Source: Actinomycetes bacterium (GTDB taxonomy: Bacteria; Actinomycetota; CALGFH01). Taken from it: DNA of 64,000 nucleotides. The stretch covers positions 27,614 to 91,613 of the forward strand of contig DATFRI010000095.1 of assembly GCA_035263405.1 (NCBI GenBank), in the 5' to 3' direction. Positions within the stretch are counted from its first letter, which is position 1; each line of letters starts with the position of its first letter. The position numbers and the translations under genes were made by a program. The notes below the pieces were generated by a model. That model was given only the letters and a program-made list of their open reading frames with translations. It did not search any database and was not told the origin of the DNA. Below are positions 63,380 through 64,000 of this stretch, piece by piece.

Positions 63380-63949
63380 TCATCTGAAGACCAGGCCCCG
63401 CCCGGTGTACTGCCGCTCGAAGCTCTCCAGGAGCTGGATGTACTGCACCGGGCCGCTCGGGAAGCCGGGAGCGCGGATCGCCACGACCCGCTGCGGCGGC
63501 ACCCTGGCCAGCCACTGCCAGAAGGTTCTCGGCGCGGTGAAGATCCTGTCGACGACCACGAACTCGTCACCGATGCTGGCGCTCAGCGTGGACAGCAGGT
63601 CGGGGAACGGAGGAGGCCGCGACAGGTCCATCCAGACCTTGATGTGCACCACCGCCGGCCTGCCGCCGCGGGTGGCTTCCTCGAGATCCGCGATCGTCAG
63701 CCGGCGCTTGAGAGCGTCCGGACGGTAGTCGTAGGGATCCACGGGTTCCCCGGCTGTCAGTCTCCCCAGAGCGTCGTCGGTCAGCTCGAACGCCGGTCCC
63801 CGACGCACAGGGTCGATCAGGGTGGGAGGCGGCTCCGGGAAGCTCGGGCCGATGTGCTGCACCTCGATGTCCTGGGATTGGAGGTACAGCTCCAGCGTGC
63901 GCATCTGACGACCGTGGTCGGTGTTGATGCCACGGCGGCCCAGGTCCAC
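63380..63949 (-). CDS. hypothetical protein (may extend beyond the window end)
   Basis: Non-biased 189-aa ORF in a slightly lower-GC stretch; no domain recognised. Confidence 0.35.
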   Translation of the reverse strand: MDLGRRGINTDHGRQMRTLELYLQSQDIEVQHIGPSFPEPPPTLIDPVRRGPAFELTDDALGRLTAGEPVDPYDYRPDALKRRLTIADLEEATRGGRPAVVHIKVWMDLSRPPPFPDLLSTLSASIGDEFVVVDRIFTAPRTFWQWLARVPPQRVVAIRAPGFPSGPVQYIQLLESFERQYTGRGLVFR

Positions 63950-64000
63950 GTTCAGACCGCGAACGGTGCCTGGGGTGTTGTTGAGACGACCAGCGACCTC

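Overview
This is a high-GC (about 73% G+C) actinomycete chromosomal segment. Its gene content (conservon, AfsR/SARP-type regulator, form-II CoxSLM, ergothioneine egt genes, several ECF sigma factors, Tat leaders) is typical of Streptomyces/Streptosporangiales-like actinobacteria. It carries about 60 tightly packed protein-coding genes, many with ATGA/GTGA stop-start overlaps, and no rRNA, tRNA, CRISPR, transposase or phage genes were seen. Most long six-frame ORFs are wrong-frame artefacts of the GC bias, recognisable as Arg/Gly/Ala/Pro-rich translations overlapping a better-supported gene.

Gene blocks, in order:
- **1-4975:** two tandem paralogous HEXXH zinc metallopeptidases (2366-4975 and a partial copy at 1-2356).
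- **5222-6704:** an ECF sigma factor and a membrane anti-sigma factor lie upstream of the peptidases on the same strand.
- **6979-10046:** a divergent operon behind a near-consensus sigma70-type promoter, in gene order hypothetical protein, MauE-like membrane protein, MauD/TlpA-like CxxC thioredoxin, long-Tat-leader 14-Cys small secreted protein, small ORF, membrane protein. This is the most novel-looking candidate system in the window.
- **10282-12238:** a ZAS(HxxxCxxC)+MDMPI-domain protein followed by an ECF sigma factor.
- **12311-21535:** a form-II CO-dehydrogenase-like molybdoenzyme cluster (coxS-coxL(AYRGAGR)-coxM-coxD-coxE) with divergent split xdhC, mocA and coxG.
- **21770-26537:** a secreted acidic Pro/Gln repeat protein and an AfsR/SARP-family regulator.
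- **26668-30288:** a 3-gene conservon (cvnA-cvnC-cvnD) with no roadblock/LC7 gene.
- **30379-34855:** an APC permease, a HisC-like aminotransferase, and a secreted SMP-30-like propeller.
- **34961-43596:** a roughly 920-bp gene-free structured region, a polyamine-type ABC importer, and two ABC-2 exporter pairs.
- **43672-57932:** two paralogous signal-anchored Pro-rich proteins, a P-loop NTPase, a Ser/Thr kinase, DUF2277, egtA-egtB-egtC-egtD, a GT87-like membrane protein, and an egtE-like PLP enzyme with an apparent frameshift.
- **58055-63949:** a dual-specificity phosphatase, a divergent TetR/MFS pair with a perfect operator palindrome, a DUF4397 protein, and a RipA-like NlpC/P60 hydrolase.

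A roughly 70-nt conserved leader element appears twice, at 11407 and 32476. It pairs a start-codon-sequestering helix with a translationally coupled uORF.
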